Shown here piece by piece: positions 25,243 to 25,930 of a stretch of DNA of 25,930 bases. This stretch comes from a virus (taxonomy: Duplodnaviria > Caudoviricetes), in IMG/VR virus record IMGVR_UViG_3300031857_001208, positions 1 to 25,930 of that record; one strand, 5' to 3'. Position numbers and translations under genes: made by a program. Each line of letters begins with the position of its first letter. Within the stretch, counting starts at the first letter, position 1. The notes beneath the pieces are model-generated. The model did not search any database, was not told where the DNA came from, and saw only the letters and a list, made by a program, of their open reading frames with translations.

Positions 25243-25541
25243 GCTTGTCCCCTTTTCCTGATTAAATCAGCAGTTTGATACGGCTCTGCCATTTCTGCCA
25301 GCTTCGCACACGCCTCACGCTCTTTCTGTACTGCTATTTCTATCGCGGGCTTGAGCATATCTATCGCAGTCTCTTGCAACTTTTGTTGTATCTCTAACAT
25401 CTCTGTTAACTTGGCAATCTGTTCTTCATGTGTCATGCTCTTTTCCTTTCTTGGCAATGGATGCCCCGTTAGTCTGTAGACTTCATCACGCCATATCTGT
25501 GCGCGTTGTTTGTTGTATTCACAGGTAGGGCAGTCAGCCAT
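25239..25541 (-). CDS. Hypothetical protein (100 aa) with an N-terminal CxxC and a C-terminal EREACAK...IRxRG module
   Basis: Start reassigned to the ATG at 25541 behind AAGGAG. Reads MADCPTCEY...AVQKEREACAKLAE...LIRKRGQA. Confidence 0.7.
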   Translation of the reverse strand: MADCPTCEYNKQRAQIWRDEVYRLTGHPLPRKEKSMTHEEQIAKLTEMLEIQQKLQETAIDMLKPAIEIAVQKEREACAKLAEMAEPYQTADLIRKRGQA

Positions 25542-25794
25542 TGTTCTTCTCCTTGAGTTTGGCTTCAATGTCCCTGACCATTTCCAATATGGTGGAGCGC
25601 CCAGCCCCACACTGAAAATCTTCCCAGTCCCAGTAGCCTTCAACCTCCTCATCCGTCAGCCCAACCCACGCACCTTTTGAGTACAGTGGTATGACTGGTT
25701 CTTCCCACTCTTTGGCAACCTCTTCAATGATTGTCATCATCATTCCATTACCTTCCTCGGGCGGCAGTTCTTTTAACCATGCTGTCGGCTTCAT
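25534..25794 (-). CDS. Hypothetical protein with a WVGLTDEE...IEAKLKEKN module (86 aa)
   Basis: AAGGAG RBS, ATGA overlap. Reads PLY..AWVGLTDEEV...IEAKLKEKNNG. Confidence 0.75.
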   Translation of the reverse strand: MKPTAWLKELPPEEGNGMMMTIIEEVAKEWEEPVIPLYSKGAWVGLTDEEVEGYWDWEDFQCGAGRSTILEMVRDIEAKLKEKNNG

Positions 25795-25919
25795 GCGTTC
25801 TTCTCCTTGAGTTTGGCTTCAATGCCTCTGAAAAATTCACGCCAAAAACTATCGGTCGGGTCTGATGCTTCCATTTTTTCAGCGCAATCTGCAATCTCCT
25901 CATCCGTCAGCCCAACCCA
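25543..25919 (-). repeat. Two pairs of exact direct repeats: 28 bp (25543-25570, 25797-25824) and 24 bp (25645-25668, 25896-25919)
   Basis: On the - strand, CATTGAAGCCAAACTCAAGGAGAAGAAC and TGGGTTGGGCTGACGGATGAGGAG each occur twice and bracket unrelated sequence. Confidence 0.92.
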
Positions 25920-25930
25920 TGTGCGCTGTG
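25791..25930 (-). CDS. 3' part of another WVGLTDEE...IEAKLKEKN protein (truncated by the window edge)
   Basis: Open frame QRTWVGLTDEEIADCAEKMEASDPTDSFWREFFRGIEAKLKEKNA*, with the stop at 25791-25793. Confidence 0.75.
   Translation of the reverse strand, partial: QRTWVGLTDEEIADCAEKMEASDPTDSFWREFFRGIEAKLKEKNA

Noticed and set aside
24518-25652. ORFs 24518-24718, 24723-24953 and 25069-25278 on +, and the extended starts at 25093 and 25652 on -
   Set aside because: The - strand is fully tiled by RBS-bearing coupled genes, which makes these shadows or over-extensions.
25543-25919. Repeats with unique intervening sequence, read as a CRISPR array
   Set aside because: Two different repeats alternate, intervening lengths are unequal, all lie in frame within coding sequence, and no cas genes are present.

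Overview
A 25.9 kb segment of a tailed dsDNA phage genome with a podovirus-like gene order; the host is not determinable from the sequence. The + strand (1-23330) is one densely packed late region. In order it holds tail fibre and fibre-chaperone genes, an acidic 20-aa-repeat protein, a Gly-rich adhesin-like protein, a lysis block (membrane proteins, holin-like protein, GH24 lysozyme), a tail tube/stabilisation protein, putative ejection proteins with a GNAT gene between them, and a 3446-aa polyvalent protein. The - strand (23319-25930) is a convergent array of small, mostly overlapping genes. Three things stand out. (1) The giant protein is divided into domain cassettes by seven copies of a [KR]LSL[RK] linker and carries its own HExxH zincin, so it reads like a self-processing effector polyprotein. 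(2) The palindrome GTTTAAAC occurs 17 times by hand count (about 0.4 expected), all between 8989 and 23951, in different reading frames and intergenic DNA. (3) The right-hand mini-genes are built from near-identical DNA boxes that contain the RBS of the next gene. All family assignments are from motif recognition by eye, not database searches.
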